64,000 nt of DNA, taken from the sequence record MT135025.1; one strand, 5' to 3'. The number at the start of each line of letters is the position of its first letter. The first letter of the stretch is position 1. The notes beneath the pieces were generated by a model. That model did not search any database, was not told where the DNA came from, and saw nothing but the letters and a program-made list of their open reading frames with translations. Shown here piece by piece: positions 8,553 through 18,158 of this stretch. The translations under genes and the position numbers were made by a program.

Positions 8553-10934
8553 CTATTCTCCAATGTATAGATAACCAATACCTTTCGATTTGTACTTGTC
8601 GCGCATCTCTTTAGCGACAATTGTGCGAACGGTATCTTTAGATTCCATGTAACGCAATGCAGCGTTCATATGGTCTTCAACGTTACGACCACCACTATCC
8701 GCAAACAACTTGTTACGTCCAATCTTACGTGTTATGACAGAACGAGTAACAATACCATCCGCATGGACTTCCTTCTTGTATATCTTACGAATGGTTGCAG
8801 GTAAGTCCTCGTAAACAGTTGACAACAGACTAGACATAACGTTCTCAAGTAGTTCCGCACGACGTTGCGTTGTACCGTCCATCGTAACCTTACCACTTTG
8901 AACAGCATCCCAAACCAAATGGTTATGACGCAGAACATAGTCCCAAGCCCAGTTCATGTGCACTTCCGTAACCTTGGGCATAGTAGGATTATCCATCACT
9001 GCAAGCAGAGCTGATACTTTCATTACCTTCAAGTTAGTACGTGTCCATGTTGCATTCCATGCGTGCGATGTGTTCTGTTGGTTTACCATGTCCGTACAGT
9101 AGCGGGACAACGAGCGGAACTTCTCTGCAATGTCCGGTGGCAAAGCAATGGGCATAACATCCACATGGTTTACATCGCGTAACGCGGAGCTCATACAAAG
9201 CACAGCGTTAGTCATGTGGTCAATTAGTGCGGGACTAGGTCGCACACCCCTGTCAATGTTATCGTACGGTACATTACCATCAAACTCTGAGAAGATAAAG
9301 CGCGATACAAAACCATCACCAAACGCCTCTTCGTTTAAACAGTCATAGAACGTCTCTGGTACACACTCACCGAGGAAGCTGTAAGCAACCGCATGGTTAA
9401 TGTTAATCGTCTTTTCCATGTCTGTGTAACGAACACCACCTAGCACATCATAAGCACCAGACTTAGAGTATGTTTCAACCATTAAGTCTCGCACAGTACG
9501 GGTAGAACCGTCAGGGTTTACCATTGCGCGGAAGTGATTACCAAACTCTGATAAAGCGTGCAAGAAAGATGTATTCTCTTGGAACACTTTCATCATAGAG
9601 TTACGGTGTGTAAACGCTTCTGTGACCACAAACTTGCTTGCATCAATTACACCTTGCTCACGCTCCAGTAGACGCATAAACTCTTGAGGTGCTGCGGTTA
9701 ACTGTGACTTACCTGTACCCGATGGTGCTAACACCATGAAGTAATTGTTAAGACCAGTTCCACTGATGTTGTACGCACGACCAAACAGACCTGAAGCAAG
9801 GGATAAAGCTTCTGCAATAGCAAACTCTTTAATCTGCTTCACACCTGTAGCGTAGAAGTGACGTGCAAGTTCACCCATCCATCCTGGAGGGTAGTTGAGC
9901 TTACCTTGGAGCGGTGGCATCTGGTACTTTGGCTCAGCGTTACCCGTTTGCGCGTTAATATTGCGCTTCGCGTGTAACTCTTTTGCGAGTTTAGCACCTT
10001 CCTCAGCGTGGGCTTTGCGTAGCTCTTCGTCTTTCATGTTCTCAGTCGCCGCTTGTTTAATAGCTAAGTGTAACAGACGGTCGCTTCCTACATGGTTGCG
10101 TTTCTCGTGCTGCTTCTTACGGTTGCCGGGATAGCGAAGCTCAAGATTAGCAAGCGCAGACATACGCCACAAGCGTTTACACTGCTCAATGTTGCGTGTG
10201 TAGTACGTTACAATAGTCATAAACGCACTGTCAGCACGCGAGGCATCAAACACGTCAACACCGTGTGCACCCTGCTGTTTCATAATCTCAAGGTACTTGT
10301 CCCAATCACCCGTCATAAGGCATTCAAACTTACCACTGTGGTCATATGCGTAAACCTCATTGAGTAGATCAGTGTCACTCATCTTCTCAGGTTCATCAAT
10401 GTCCGCAATGTTGTCTACCTTACGGGATTGCGAGATGTATTGGTTAAACTGGTCAATAAGACCTTGGTCGTAACGAATGTCGTATCCAAGAATAACATTA
10501 CCCGTACAAATAATGAAACGTTCCTTGGAGTACAACTCAAGTCCACCACGCTTGTATGAACCGTCAATCTCACCACCAAACCATAAGTGATAACCCCCAC
10601 CTGAGCGGGAAGCCTCGGTATAGGTTTCATAAGACTGTACAGCGTTCCACCATTGCTCAGTAGCTTCAACGGATGTATCGTCGCCAATATCAATGTCCGC
10701 TACTGTAAACCCGTCACCCTGTGTAAGGACAAAGCCAAAGCCACGTTCGGGGTGCTGTGCAAGCAAGGGTAAAAGTTCTTCATAACTAATAAGCTTGTTG
10801 TGGTCGCTAGTTACCGAAATCGGGACGAACTTACCGTCCACATAAGCAAACGGAGCCTTAGCCATCCCGCCATCATGTTCTGTGCCTGTAAAGCACCAAC
10901 GACGCAGTTTCTTCAACTGCCAAGGCATATCCAT
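8553..10934 (-). CDS. bifunctional primase-polymerase (AEP) fused to DUF3987-like P-loop domain
   Basis: GFGFVL..DID, YTEASRSGGGYH, LELYS..RF..CTG; D.SRAD primase C-terminal domain; APSGTGKS. Confidence 0.85.
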   Translation of the reverse strand: MDMPWQLKKLRRWCFTGTEHDGGMAKAPFAYVDGKFVPISVTSDHNKLISYEELLPLLAQHPERGFGFVLTQGDGFTVADIDIGDDTSVEATEQWWNAVQSYETYTEASRSGGGYHLWFGGEIDGSYKRGGLELYSKERFIICTGNVILGYDIRYDQGLIDQFNQYISQSRKVDNIADIDEPEKMSDTDLLNEVYAYDHSGKFECLMTGDWDKYLEIMKQQGAHGVDVFDASRADSAFMTIVTYYTRNIEQCKRLWRMSALANLELRYPGNRKKQHEKRNHVGSDRLLHLAIKQAATENMKDEELRKAHAEEGAKLAKELHAKRNINAQTGNAEPKYQMPPLQGKLNYPPGWMGELARHFYATGVKQIKEFAIAEALSLASGLFGRAYNISGTGLNNYFMVLAPSGTGKSQLTAAPQEFMRLLEREQGVIDASKFVVTEAFTHRNSMMKVFQENTSFLHALSEFGNHFRAMVNPDGSTRTVRDLMVETYSKSGAYDVLGGVRYTDMEKTININHAVAYSFLGECVPETFYDCLNEEAFGDGFVSRFIFSEFDGNVPYDNIDRGVRPSPALIDHMTNAVLCMSSALRDVNHVDVMPIALPPDIAEKFRSLSRYCTDMVNQQNTSHAWNATWTRTNLKVMKVSALLAVMDNPTMPKVTEVHMNWAWDYVLRHNHLVWDAVQSGKVTMDGTTQRRAELLENVMSSLLSTVYEDLPATIRKIYKKEVHADGIVTRSVITRKIGRNKLFADSGGRNVEDHMNAALRYMESKDTVRTIVAKEMRDKYKSKGIGYLYIGE

Positions 10935-10938
10935 TCAC

Positions 10939-11256
10939 TTAACCTCGCATCTTAATCCAAGCTTGAATGTACTCCATCATGTCGTCAGTACGTAACCAGT
11001 ACCAAGAGTTGCCAATCTTAAACTTCGGATACTTACGAAGCTTGTTAGTAACGCTAACAGGGGTAACATCAACCATCTGGCAAATGTCAGCAACGGAAAT
11101 ATACAGGGCGTTAAATAACTCCTGGCCATCATACTTCTCGCGGATGTATGTTAGCATGTCCGCTTCACTCATGCTCGGCAAAGCCATGTCAGTTGGGTTG
11201 CCACGTTCGAAAGGTTGTTCCGTTGTACCGACCACATTATTGTTTACAGCTACCAT
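10939..11256 (-). CDS. putative HTH DNA-binding protein
   Basis: YISVADICQMVDVTPVSV..K..FKIGNSWYW winged-HTH-like pattern. Confidence 0.55.
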   Translation of the reverse strand: MVAVNNNVVGTTEQPFERGNPTDMALPSMSEADMLTYIREKYDGQELFNALYISVADICQMVDVTPVSVTNKLRKYPKFKIGNSWYWLRTDDMMEYIQAWIKMRG

Positions 11257-11361
11257 TGTTTATTCCTCTTTGCGTTCAATGTATGCGGTTTATTATAAGC
11301 GCATAGTTTTAGTTAACAAGACAACCCTGTGGTTTATTGTGACCACATTACTGTCAGCTAT

Positions 11362-11545
11362 TTATAATGTGCAGAGTATTGGTACTGCTGAATAACACTA
11401 CTCTTTACAATGCACAGAGCACTGGCCTCGCAAGAACATGCGCTTTATTAATAAACCGCAGAGCACTTGCTTAGCAGTGCATGGGTACGCTTTATATATT
11501 ATGTGCAGAGCACTGGTCACGCAAGACAAGGGTTGCTGAAGGGTA
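11362..11545. repeat. four imperfect ~44 bp direct repeats (iteron-like)
   Basis: Core CAGAG(C/T)A(C/T)T(G/T)G at 11372, 11415, 11459, 11506, each after an AT-rich tract. Confidence 0.6.
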
Positions 11546-11824
11546 ACTTAAATTGTGCTATATGGCTAATAAGCAGAGTTTATGTTTATTGCTTTACTTT
11601 CTGTTGTTAATTTAGTTTGCTTTAGTTGCTGTCCATAGGGTTGTGCTTGCAGGTATATAAAGTTTGCGTAATTATATGCGTGTTGTTCGCGTAGTGGGAA
11701 ATAGTTCTGTGCAAAAAAAACGCAATTGCTGCCCGAGTTGCGCCAGTGGATAACCCGTTTTTTGTGTGCAAAAACAGGGGGTTACAAGTAAGTGCTGCAA
11801 TTGCGCAAAAAAACGAGGGGGGGG

Positions 11825-12155
11825 GTAAATCTAAGAATCTCAGGGCCTGACTTTGTGGCTACCAAAAAGCAATAACACTAGTAGGTAATAATAGCAGACT
11901 ATAAGCAATTATATTCATATACAATGTGAGAGCGTTGAGCGTATGAAGTTTGAAATGGCTAATCAGCTTAAAGATCTTGCAGAGCGTAAGCGTGCGAAGA
12001 AAGCGGGTGAAGAGCCAGACCGCGTTATCTTCTTCATTGAAGACCGAACATCCAATCGTCAGCACCCGCGTTAGCATCTGAGCCACCGCCGAAGTTGTAC
12101 GCACCAGATTCAGTTTTCCATCCCTCTGCGATAGCAGTGATGTAAGCCGACTTAT
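11825..12155. other. junction S1/phage A with short unrelated fragments
   Basis: G-run, then two unrelated partial ORFs on opposite strands, then the 3' end of a phage A gene (IDALGLTVEDFRAEV...AA*). Confidence 0.6.
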
Positions 12156-12254
12156 TGACGCACTAGGTCTAACTGTTGAAGATTTCCGTGCGGAAGTTAA
12201 AAACGCTGTAGACGTTGAAAACAATGAACAACAAGTAGATAAGGCTGCTTAAAA

Positions 12255-12443
12255 ATGAAAGCTACCCAAAAAGTACATCGCACGTCTCAATTTCCTCAAG
12301 GTGGTTGGCGTGTCCGTGATAATACTATGTATTCGTCTTTTAAGCGTTCTAAACAAGCACGTAAGGCTGTCAAACGCTATAAGCAATGCAATGGTATATC
12401 TAATGCAACAAAAGCTCTTAGCGAGGCTTTGAGAGCGTTGTGA
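12255..12443 (+). CDS. hypothetical early protein (basic)
   Basis: 62 aa ORF. Confidence 0.6.
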   Translation: MKATQKVHRTSQFPQGGWRVRDNTMYSSFKRSKQARKAVKRYKQCNGISNATKALSEALRAL

Positions 12444-12573
12444 GCATTCGAGTAGTAAAACCGTGTGGTGGCGTAATTGTCATCACACGTAATCCAATTA
12501 TGAATACTTGCGGTCAGATGACTGTATCTTACCAACGTAAATGGCACGTAGTAACTAATGGAGTTATAACACT

Positions 12574-12885
12574 ATGAATCTTGAAAACTTAGCGGTAATG
12601 GCTGCAAACCATGCTTTAAATGAAATGCTCACTAAGCGTGGTTATTTCGACATCTGCACTTTGGATAAAGTGTTGAGAAACATGGGTATTCAAGCTCAAT
12701 GTGGTAAAAGCTATGGTATCTTGAACTCTTTGCACTGCATGGATTACAAAGATATGCCAGATGAGTTACGTCGTAGTATTCCAGTTCTACTACAAAATGT
12801 AGTTGGTATTGAATCAGAATGTTATGAAGCTGAACCTAAACCAGAGCCTAAGCCTAAACGCTTGTCTCTATCATTCTTCAAATGA
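12574..12885 (+). CDS. hypothetical early protein
   Basis: GGAG RBS, 103 aa. Confidence 0.7.
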   Translation: MNLENLAVMAANHALNEMLTKRGYFDICTLDKVLRNMGIQAQCGKSYGILNSLHCMDYKDMPDELRRSIPVLLQNVVGIESECYEAEPKPEPKPKRLSLSFFK

Positions 12886-12894
12886 GGTGTTATA

Positions 12895-13089
12895 ATGTTT
12901 TCTTTGTATGATTTAGTTTCTGTTAACAACCCAAAACTCAAAACATTTAACCAAGATGGTATTGTTATTGGTTTCGGCGTTAGTTCTAACAAAAAGATTA
13001 GGGTTAAAATGTTTAACGGTAGAACTCATACCTTTAAGCGTGAAAACCTAACTAAGACCAAGGTTTGGCGTATTTCTCACTACCTGTAA
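12895..13089 (+). CDS. hypothetical early protein (SH3/KOW-like)
   Basis: GAGG RBS. Confidence 0.65.
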   Translation: MFSLYDLVSVNNPKLKTFNQDGIVIGFGVSSNKKIRVKMFNGRTHTFKRENLTKTKVWRISHYL

Positions 13090-13101
13090 GGGGATATTTC
13101 A

Positions 13102-13368
13102 ATGAATACAAACATGACACTGTATGAGTTGAACTCTCAATTCATCATAAAACACGCTATTAAGTCTTTGAAGACAACATATTTACAGTTGAATGACTTA
13201 AAAGTAGTTAAAATTGAGCCGTCAGTTGAAAAACAAGGCTTTTTCTGCGTCGCTCTTGGTCATATTGAAGCCAACAAGACGTATACTATCAATGTTTCCA
13301 TGAAAAACAGCTTAGAACAGCTACTAAACAGCTTAAATCTGGCATTGGAAACACTCACAAACCGTTAA
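13102..13368 (+). CDS. hypothetical early protein
   Basis: AGGG RBS. Confidence 0.65.
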   Translation: MNTNMTLYELNSQFIIKHAIKSLKTTYLQLNDLKVVKIEPSVEKQGFFCVALGHIEANKTYTINVSMKNSLEQLLNSLNLALETLTNR

Positions 13369-13380
13369 GAGGGTAAAACA

Positions 13381-13854
13381 ATGCGCAAGTTCTTCTATCT
13401 ATTCATAATCGTCTACGTTATCTTATCAATTTTCTTCACTTACAAGGCTGTAGCTGGTGAGAATGATGAAGTAAAGGTGATGTTTGCAGGTTTTTCGCAT
13501 CATATTGGTGCGCCTGATTATGCAGACCATAACGAAAAGCACAATTTGGTAGGTATTTCGTACAATGACACTGAGATTTTCTTTATGAAGAACTCATTTC
13601 ACAACGATTCTGTAGGGATTGCGCATAATTTTACTTATTCTTACAGCCAATACTTGGATTTTGGATTCCGTGTTGGTGCTGCAAGTGGCTATGATATTGA
13701 TGGAATATACAATGTAGGCGGTATTGCACCGTTTGCACAGCCAAATGTGACGGTAAAATACAGTAATTTAGGGGTTGAGTTGGGATATTTACCTCAATTT
13801 AGCCATTCAACGCCGTATGGAGCGGTAACATTAACATTTAATTGGAGCTTATAG
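13381..13854 (+). CDS. predicted outer-membrane beta-barrel protein (PagP-like)
   Basis: Sec signal peptide (MRK + hydrophobic stretch + AVA), alternating beta pattern, SHH..N..N..G, NSF, GAASGY, C-terminal LTFNWSL. Confidence 0.6.
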   Translation: MRKFFYLFIIVYVILSIFFTYKAVAGENDEVKVMFAGFSHHIGAPDYADHNEKHNLVGISYNDTEIFFMKNSFHNDSVGIAHNFTYSYSQYLDFGFRVGAASGYDIDGIYNVGGIAPFAQPNVTVKYSNLGVELGYLPQFSHSTPYGAVTLTFNWSL

Positions 13855-13855
13855 C

Positions 13856-14071
13856 ATGAAAATTCAATACCTCATCAAGTTTTTCGACATTCTTACGTGG
13901 TTTCTTAATCGTACTATCGAGAAAGATAACAACGAAATCAAGAAAAACCGTCAAAAACGCAAGGATTTAAAGACAGCTATGCGTAAACTGGATGAAGCTA
14001 ACAAGCAGGTTTATAAAGACCGTCAGCTTGCTGAGCGCATCAAAGCTAATGTAGCTAAAATTACTGAATAA
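13856..14071 (+). CDS. hypothetical coiled-coil protein
   Basis: 71 aa ORF. Confidence 0.6.
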   Translation: MKIQYLIKFFDILTWFLNRTIEKDNNEIKKNRQKRKDLKTAMRKLDEANKQVYKDRQLAERIKANVAKITE

Positions 14072-14098
14072 TCCACCAACTAGCCACAGGACAATAAA

Positions 14099-15583
14099 AT
14101 GAAGATTGAAGATATTGTAATTGGTCAAGAATACCGTATCGTTCGTAAAGGTTTGGTAAATACTGGTCGTATTGGTCGTGCTGTAGGTAAGAATGGCTTC
14201 AAAGTCAAACTTCTAATGCACCACAACAATGCTGAGCTTACACTTAATGCCATGTCTGTTGAACCAGTTGAAAAAGGCGTGAAAGCTAAGAAACAAGTTG
14301 ACGTTAACGAAAACCGTAAACCTGTTGACAATGAGCTTGTTAAGCCTAAGAAGAAACCAGCTAAGAAGTTCGTAGAACGTGATGTACTTATCGAACCTGC
14401 CGAAGATGCAGTGGTTCTAATTGAACAAAATGGTGCTGTGGTATCGGTATCAAGAAGAAACTTAGAGTTCTTTGATGACCGTTTGATGTCTCATGGACGT
14501 GATTTCACCAAAGAGTATATAGGCTTCATCCCTCGTGGTGCTAAGTTTAAGGTTAATAAGCCTGATAACATCATGGAATATCCCTTTTGGAATGATGACG
14601 ACATGCAAGACGGCATGGAACTTACATTCAAAAATTGGCGTAATGACTTCGGCTCTACAATACTAACGACTGAAGAAAACTTTGACATTCTAGCTAAATG
14701 GATTGACCGTACTACTCTGCACAAAATGGGTAAGGCTAAGGTTGAAGTTGACAACAATGGTAATGAAGTAATTCCACCATTGGAAGAACAAGCTCTTAAA
14801 CGCATGGAAAAGGATGCTAAAGAAGCTAGCGGTCTTGCATTCGCTCTTTACTGGGATTACCGTGGCAAGCTTGAGTCTGGCACTCGTAACCATGCAGCAT
14901 GTCACTACCACATGCGCTGTTTCGTTGATGGTGACAAGCGTAAAGATGCTAAGGCATTGTTTGCAGCCCAATTCATCACTGAACACTATTACGTCAATAT
15001 AAAGAAAGAACTTGTTGACCGTTACCTAACTTGGGTAATGAATGACTCTCCGTGGTCTGATTACATTGTCACTAAAGATTTGGCTGAGGGTAAAGAGAAA
15101 GGTATCCGTGTTCGCACTGATATTCCAGCTAATGCAATGATGTGTACATTCTACGCTCTGCGTTATCCTACTGAATACTGTGGAGTAATCACTCTGTGGG
15201 GACGTTATACGGACGAAGGCTTAGACCCTACTATTGCCTTCTATAAAGCTGAAACTCGTGGCTATGACCGTGACACGGCTTCTCACCACGGCTTGTTGGA
15301 CACATTCTCAATGACATTGCAAGATGTGATTGATTTTGCCAACAAGAAACGTGGTAAGATTGTTGATGAAATCTATGGTGTTAAATACTTCAACTACAAG
15401 AACGTGTCTGTACACCACGGCTCATCTGTAAACCGAGATGTTAAGACTGCTCTTACTGAACTTAAAGATAAGTTTAAGCCTAAGAAAGTCAAAGAAAAAC
15501 ACCCTGTTCTGGGCGAAATTGAGAAAGAAATCGCTGCAACAGAGCAAATCGACCAATTCCTAACTAGCAAACTGGAGAAATAA
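14099..15583 (+). CDS. large hypothetical protein (494 aa)
   Basis: Long ORF, AGGA RBS, N-terminal KOW/SH3-like segment. Confidence 0.8.
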   Translation: MKIEDIVIGQEYRIVRKGLVNTGRIGRAVGKNGFKVKLLMHHNNAELTLNAMSVEPVEKGVKAKKQVDVNENRKPVDNELVKPKKKPAKKFVERDVLIEPAEDAVVLIEQNGAVVSVSRRNLEFFDDRLMSHGRDFTKEYIGFIPRGAKFKVNKPDNIMEYPFWNDDDMQDGMELTFKNWRNDFGSTILTTEENFDILAKWIDRTTLHKMGKAKVEVDNNGNEVIPPLEEQALKRMEKDAKEASGLAFALYWDYRGKLESGTRNHAACHYHMRCFVDGDKRKDAKALFAAQFITEHYYVNIKKELVDRYLTWVMNDSPWSDYIVTKDLAEGKEKGIRVRTDIPANAMMCTFYALRYPTEYCGVITLWGRYTDEGLDPTIAFYKAETRGYDRDTASHHGLLDTFSMTLQDVIDFANKKRGKIVDEIYGVKYFNYKNVSVHHGSSVNRDVKTALTELKDKFKPKKVKEKHPVLGEIEKEIAATEQIDQFLTSKLEK

Positions 15584-15584
15584 G

Positions 15585-16277
15585 ATGGACATGGATAAAC
15601 TACCGCAAATTATGAAAGTTATGGTCGTGGGTTCTGGTATGAACCTCGACTACCATCGTATGCTTAACGACATGGGTCACACAACAGTGGCTTGTCGTTA
15701 TGTTGAGCAAATCCGTCCAATCTTGTACAAAGGTGATATTGATGTTGTATTATTTGTGGGTGGGGCTGACGTTAATCCTGAGCTTTATGGTCATACGTTA
15801 CATCCCACGTCCGGTATTTCTAAAGCCGAAGATGAGTTATACCAGCAAGCTTTCTGTCAAGCTCAAGAATTTGATGAAATCAAGTTTGTGGGTATTTGCC
15901 GTGGTAGTCAGTTCTTGTGTGCTGCTAGCGGTGGGGTTCTTGTTCAACATTGTGATAATCACGCTGTGTTTAATGGGCATAGTGTTGAAACTAAGTGGGG
16001 TCACGAATTTAATGTCACATCGACGCACCACCAAATGCAAGACCCACGGGAAGTGGAACACGAACTAATCGCTTGGACTAAGCGTACTACGTTCAAAGAT
16101 TACCACATTGATGGTGAGACAGTTACCATTGAAACTCAGGCAGACCCCGATGAGCTGGATATTGAAGTTGTTTGGTATCCACATACTAAGTCGTTAGCTT
16201 TCCAGCCACATCCTGAATTTGCAGGAGCTGGTGAGACACTAGCATTGTTTAAACGTTGTTGGAATGAGTACATGTAA
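15585..16277 (+). CDS. class I glutamine amidotransferase (peptidase C26-like)
   Basis: GGADVNPELYG, GICRGSQ (catalytic Cys), HHQ, FQPHPEF (His-x-Glu). Confidence 0.9.
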   Translation: MDMDKLPQIMKVMVVGSGMNLDYHRMLNDMGHTTVACRYVEQIRPILYKGDIDVVLFVGGADVNPELYGHTLHPTSGISKAEDELYQQAFCQAQEFDEIKFVGICRGSQFLCAASGGVLVQHCDNHAVFNGHSVETKWGHEFNVTSTHHQMQDPREVEHELIAWTKRTTFKDYHIDGETVTIETQADPDELDIEVVWYPHTKSLAFQPHPEFAGAGETLALFKRCWNEYM

Positions 16278-16480
16278 TGCAAAATGTAAGAATTGAACTA
16301 GAGGGTGGTTGCACTTTTGGTTGTGTAGCTGTAGGTGATGTGTTCCTTTACAACAATACCCCATACATCAAACTAAATAATGACCCATGCTTAAACTGTA
16401 AGAAGTTTGGTACTGTAGGAACTGGTACTATCTCTAAAAGCACTCGTGTTATTGTTCCTGAAGAAATTATCATTAAATAA
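16277..16480 (+). CDS. small hypothetical protein
   Basis: TAATG coupling. Confidence 0.65.
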   Translation: MQNVRIELEGGCTFGCVAVGDVFLYNNTPYIKLNNDPCLNCKKFGTVGTGTISKSTRVIVPEEIIIK

Positions 16481-16711
16481 GGCAGGTAGTTATGAAGCTG
16501 GATACAAGTTAGAAATGTAAATGATTACTGGGGTGGATTCCATGTTTATTTGTAGATATTTAATTAATTACAGCTTTGTGTGTGATTGGATGAATTCTCC
16601 TTACCACCCCAGTGGTTATCCTTATTAGTATTAAGTAGTATTAATAAAAATAACTTAGTTATTAGCGATAGCAAGGCTATCAATCTGTAAAACCATTCTC
16701 TTGTATGAGAC

Positions 16712-16740
16712 ATACTAACACAAAAAAGTGTCACTGTCAA
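16712..16740 (-). promoter_or_regulatory. antisense sigma70 promoter
   Basis: Minus strand TTGACA-gtgacacttttttgtgt(17)-TAGTAT; shares TTGACAGTGAC with the promoters at 21602 and 24016. Confidence 0.65.
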
Positions 16741-16778
16741 GAGGTAAATCAATGAAAGTTAAGAAAAGGTATTAAATT

Positions 16779-18131
16779 ATGTGTGGAATTGTAGGCGTTG
16801 TAGGTCTTATCACGGCAAACGAAGAAAAAGTATTCAAGCAGTTACTTGAAGTTGACTCTCTACGTGGTCGTCATTCGACTGGCGTTATTAAGCTTTCTTC
16901 TGGAGGTGTAGTAGAGACACGAAAGAAAGCGATTGATGGTATGGACTTTGTTAAGCTTGAGGGCAACTGGATTTCATCTGGTGTTAACCGTATGCTTATC
17001 GGTCATAACCGCTATGCAACTCGTGGTGGTGTTAATGATGCTAATGCTCACCCATTCTCACATGGACACATTCACGGTGTTCATAATGGTACATTAACTA
17101 CCCAACTTGGTTTGAAAGACCAACATAAATTCCCTGTTGATTCTGATAACCTTTTCTACGATATGGCACATGGTAGTCTACGTGAAACAGCTAAGAAAAT
17201 CTCAGGTGCTTGGACTGTTGCGATGTATGATGAACAAGAGAAAACGTTTAACATGTTCCGCAACACTGAGCGTCCAATGAGCGTTGCTCTCTCGGAAGAT
17301 GGTACAGTTATGTACTTCGCTAGTGAAGCCACTATGCTTGAGTGGGTTCTTGACCGTAATAATGTTAAGTACAAAGACATTCTTAACCTAACTCCAGCTA
17401 AGCTGATTACTATCGAACCTACTGCTGTTGCAAATGCTGACGGTAAACGTGTTCCTGATTTGATGTCTATTACTGACATTGAATACAAGAAAGTTCCTGC
17501 TGCCCCGGCTCGTGGTGCAAAAAAGTTCCTTTCAGACTTCGGGTTAAATATCCAAAAAAAGTATCCAATTTCTTTAATCAACAGAAAGAAAACAAATGCA
17601 GGGTACGAGTATGAAGTTGAGCTTATGATTCCTCCATACAACTCTTGGACTGTATACGCTTACCAACCTAAGACTGCGGAAGTTCTTAGTAAGTTGTACG
17701 ACAATGACGAGATTGCATGTTCTGTGTTAACTATTGGTTACTCATCTAACATGCCACACTGCTGGGGTATGGATATTGAGCCAGCTACGGAAGAAGCTCT
17801 TAAAATCCTTGCGGATGAAGAAGCAGCAGCGGCAGCGGCTGTAATTGACCAAAACGATGTTGATGATTTGACAGAAGATGAGCTTAGTCAAATCTTTGAT
17901 GCTTATGGTATCACCCAAATCAAAAAGGAATGGTATGACCACAATGGTTTAGCTATGACAGAAGCTGAGTTTGAAAAGACTCAAGCAGGTCAGCATGGCT
18001 GTTGTATGTGTGGCGACCACTTCCAAGAACCAGAAGATGTAGTGTGGAACGATGATGGCGACACTGCATTTTGTACAGACTGTGTAGAAGCATACAACGC
18101 TATTTACGGAACTCAAGCACAATCTAAGTAA
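16779..18131 (+). CDS. class II (Ntn) glutamine amidotransferase with C-terminal acidic/Zn-ribbon extension
   Basis: MCGIVG, RG.HSTG, GHNRYATRG, NAHPF, HNGTL, DS; CCMC...CTDC. Confidence 0.92.
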   Translation: MCGIVGVVGLITANEEKVFKQLLEVDSLRGRHSTGVIKLSSGGVVETRKKAIDGMDFVKLEGNWISSGVNRMLIGHNRYATRGGVNDANAHPFSHGHIHGVHNGTLTTQLGLKDQHKFPVDSDNLFYDMAHGSLRETAKKISGAWTVAMYDEQEKTFNMFRNTERPMSVALSEDGTVMYFASEATMLEWVLDRNNVKYKDILNLTPAKLITIEPTAVANADGKRVPDLMSITDIEYKKVPAAPARGAKKFLSDFGLNIQKKYPISLINRKKTNAGYEYEVELMIPPYNSWTVYAYQPKTAEVLSKLYDNDEIACSVLTIGYSSNMPHCWGMDIEPATEEALKILADEEAAAAAAVIDQNDVDDLTEDELSQIFDAYGITQIKKEWYDHNGLAMTEAEFEKTQAGQHGCCMCGDHFQEPEDVVWNDDGDTAFCTDCVEAYNAIYGTQAQSK

Positions 18132-18158
18132 TTCACTAACAGAGAGAGAGATTTAATT

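Noticed and set aside
11859-12224. 121 aa minus-strand ORF
   Set aside because: Spans several unrelated junction fragments and is antisense to a real gene end
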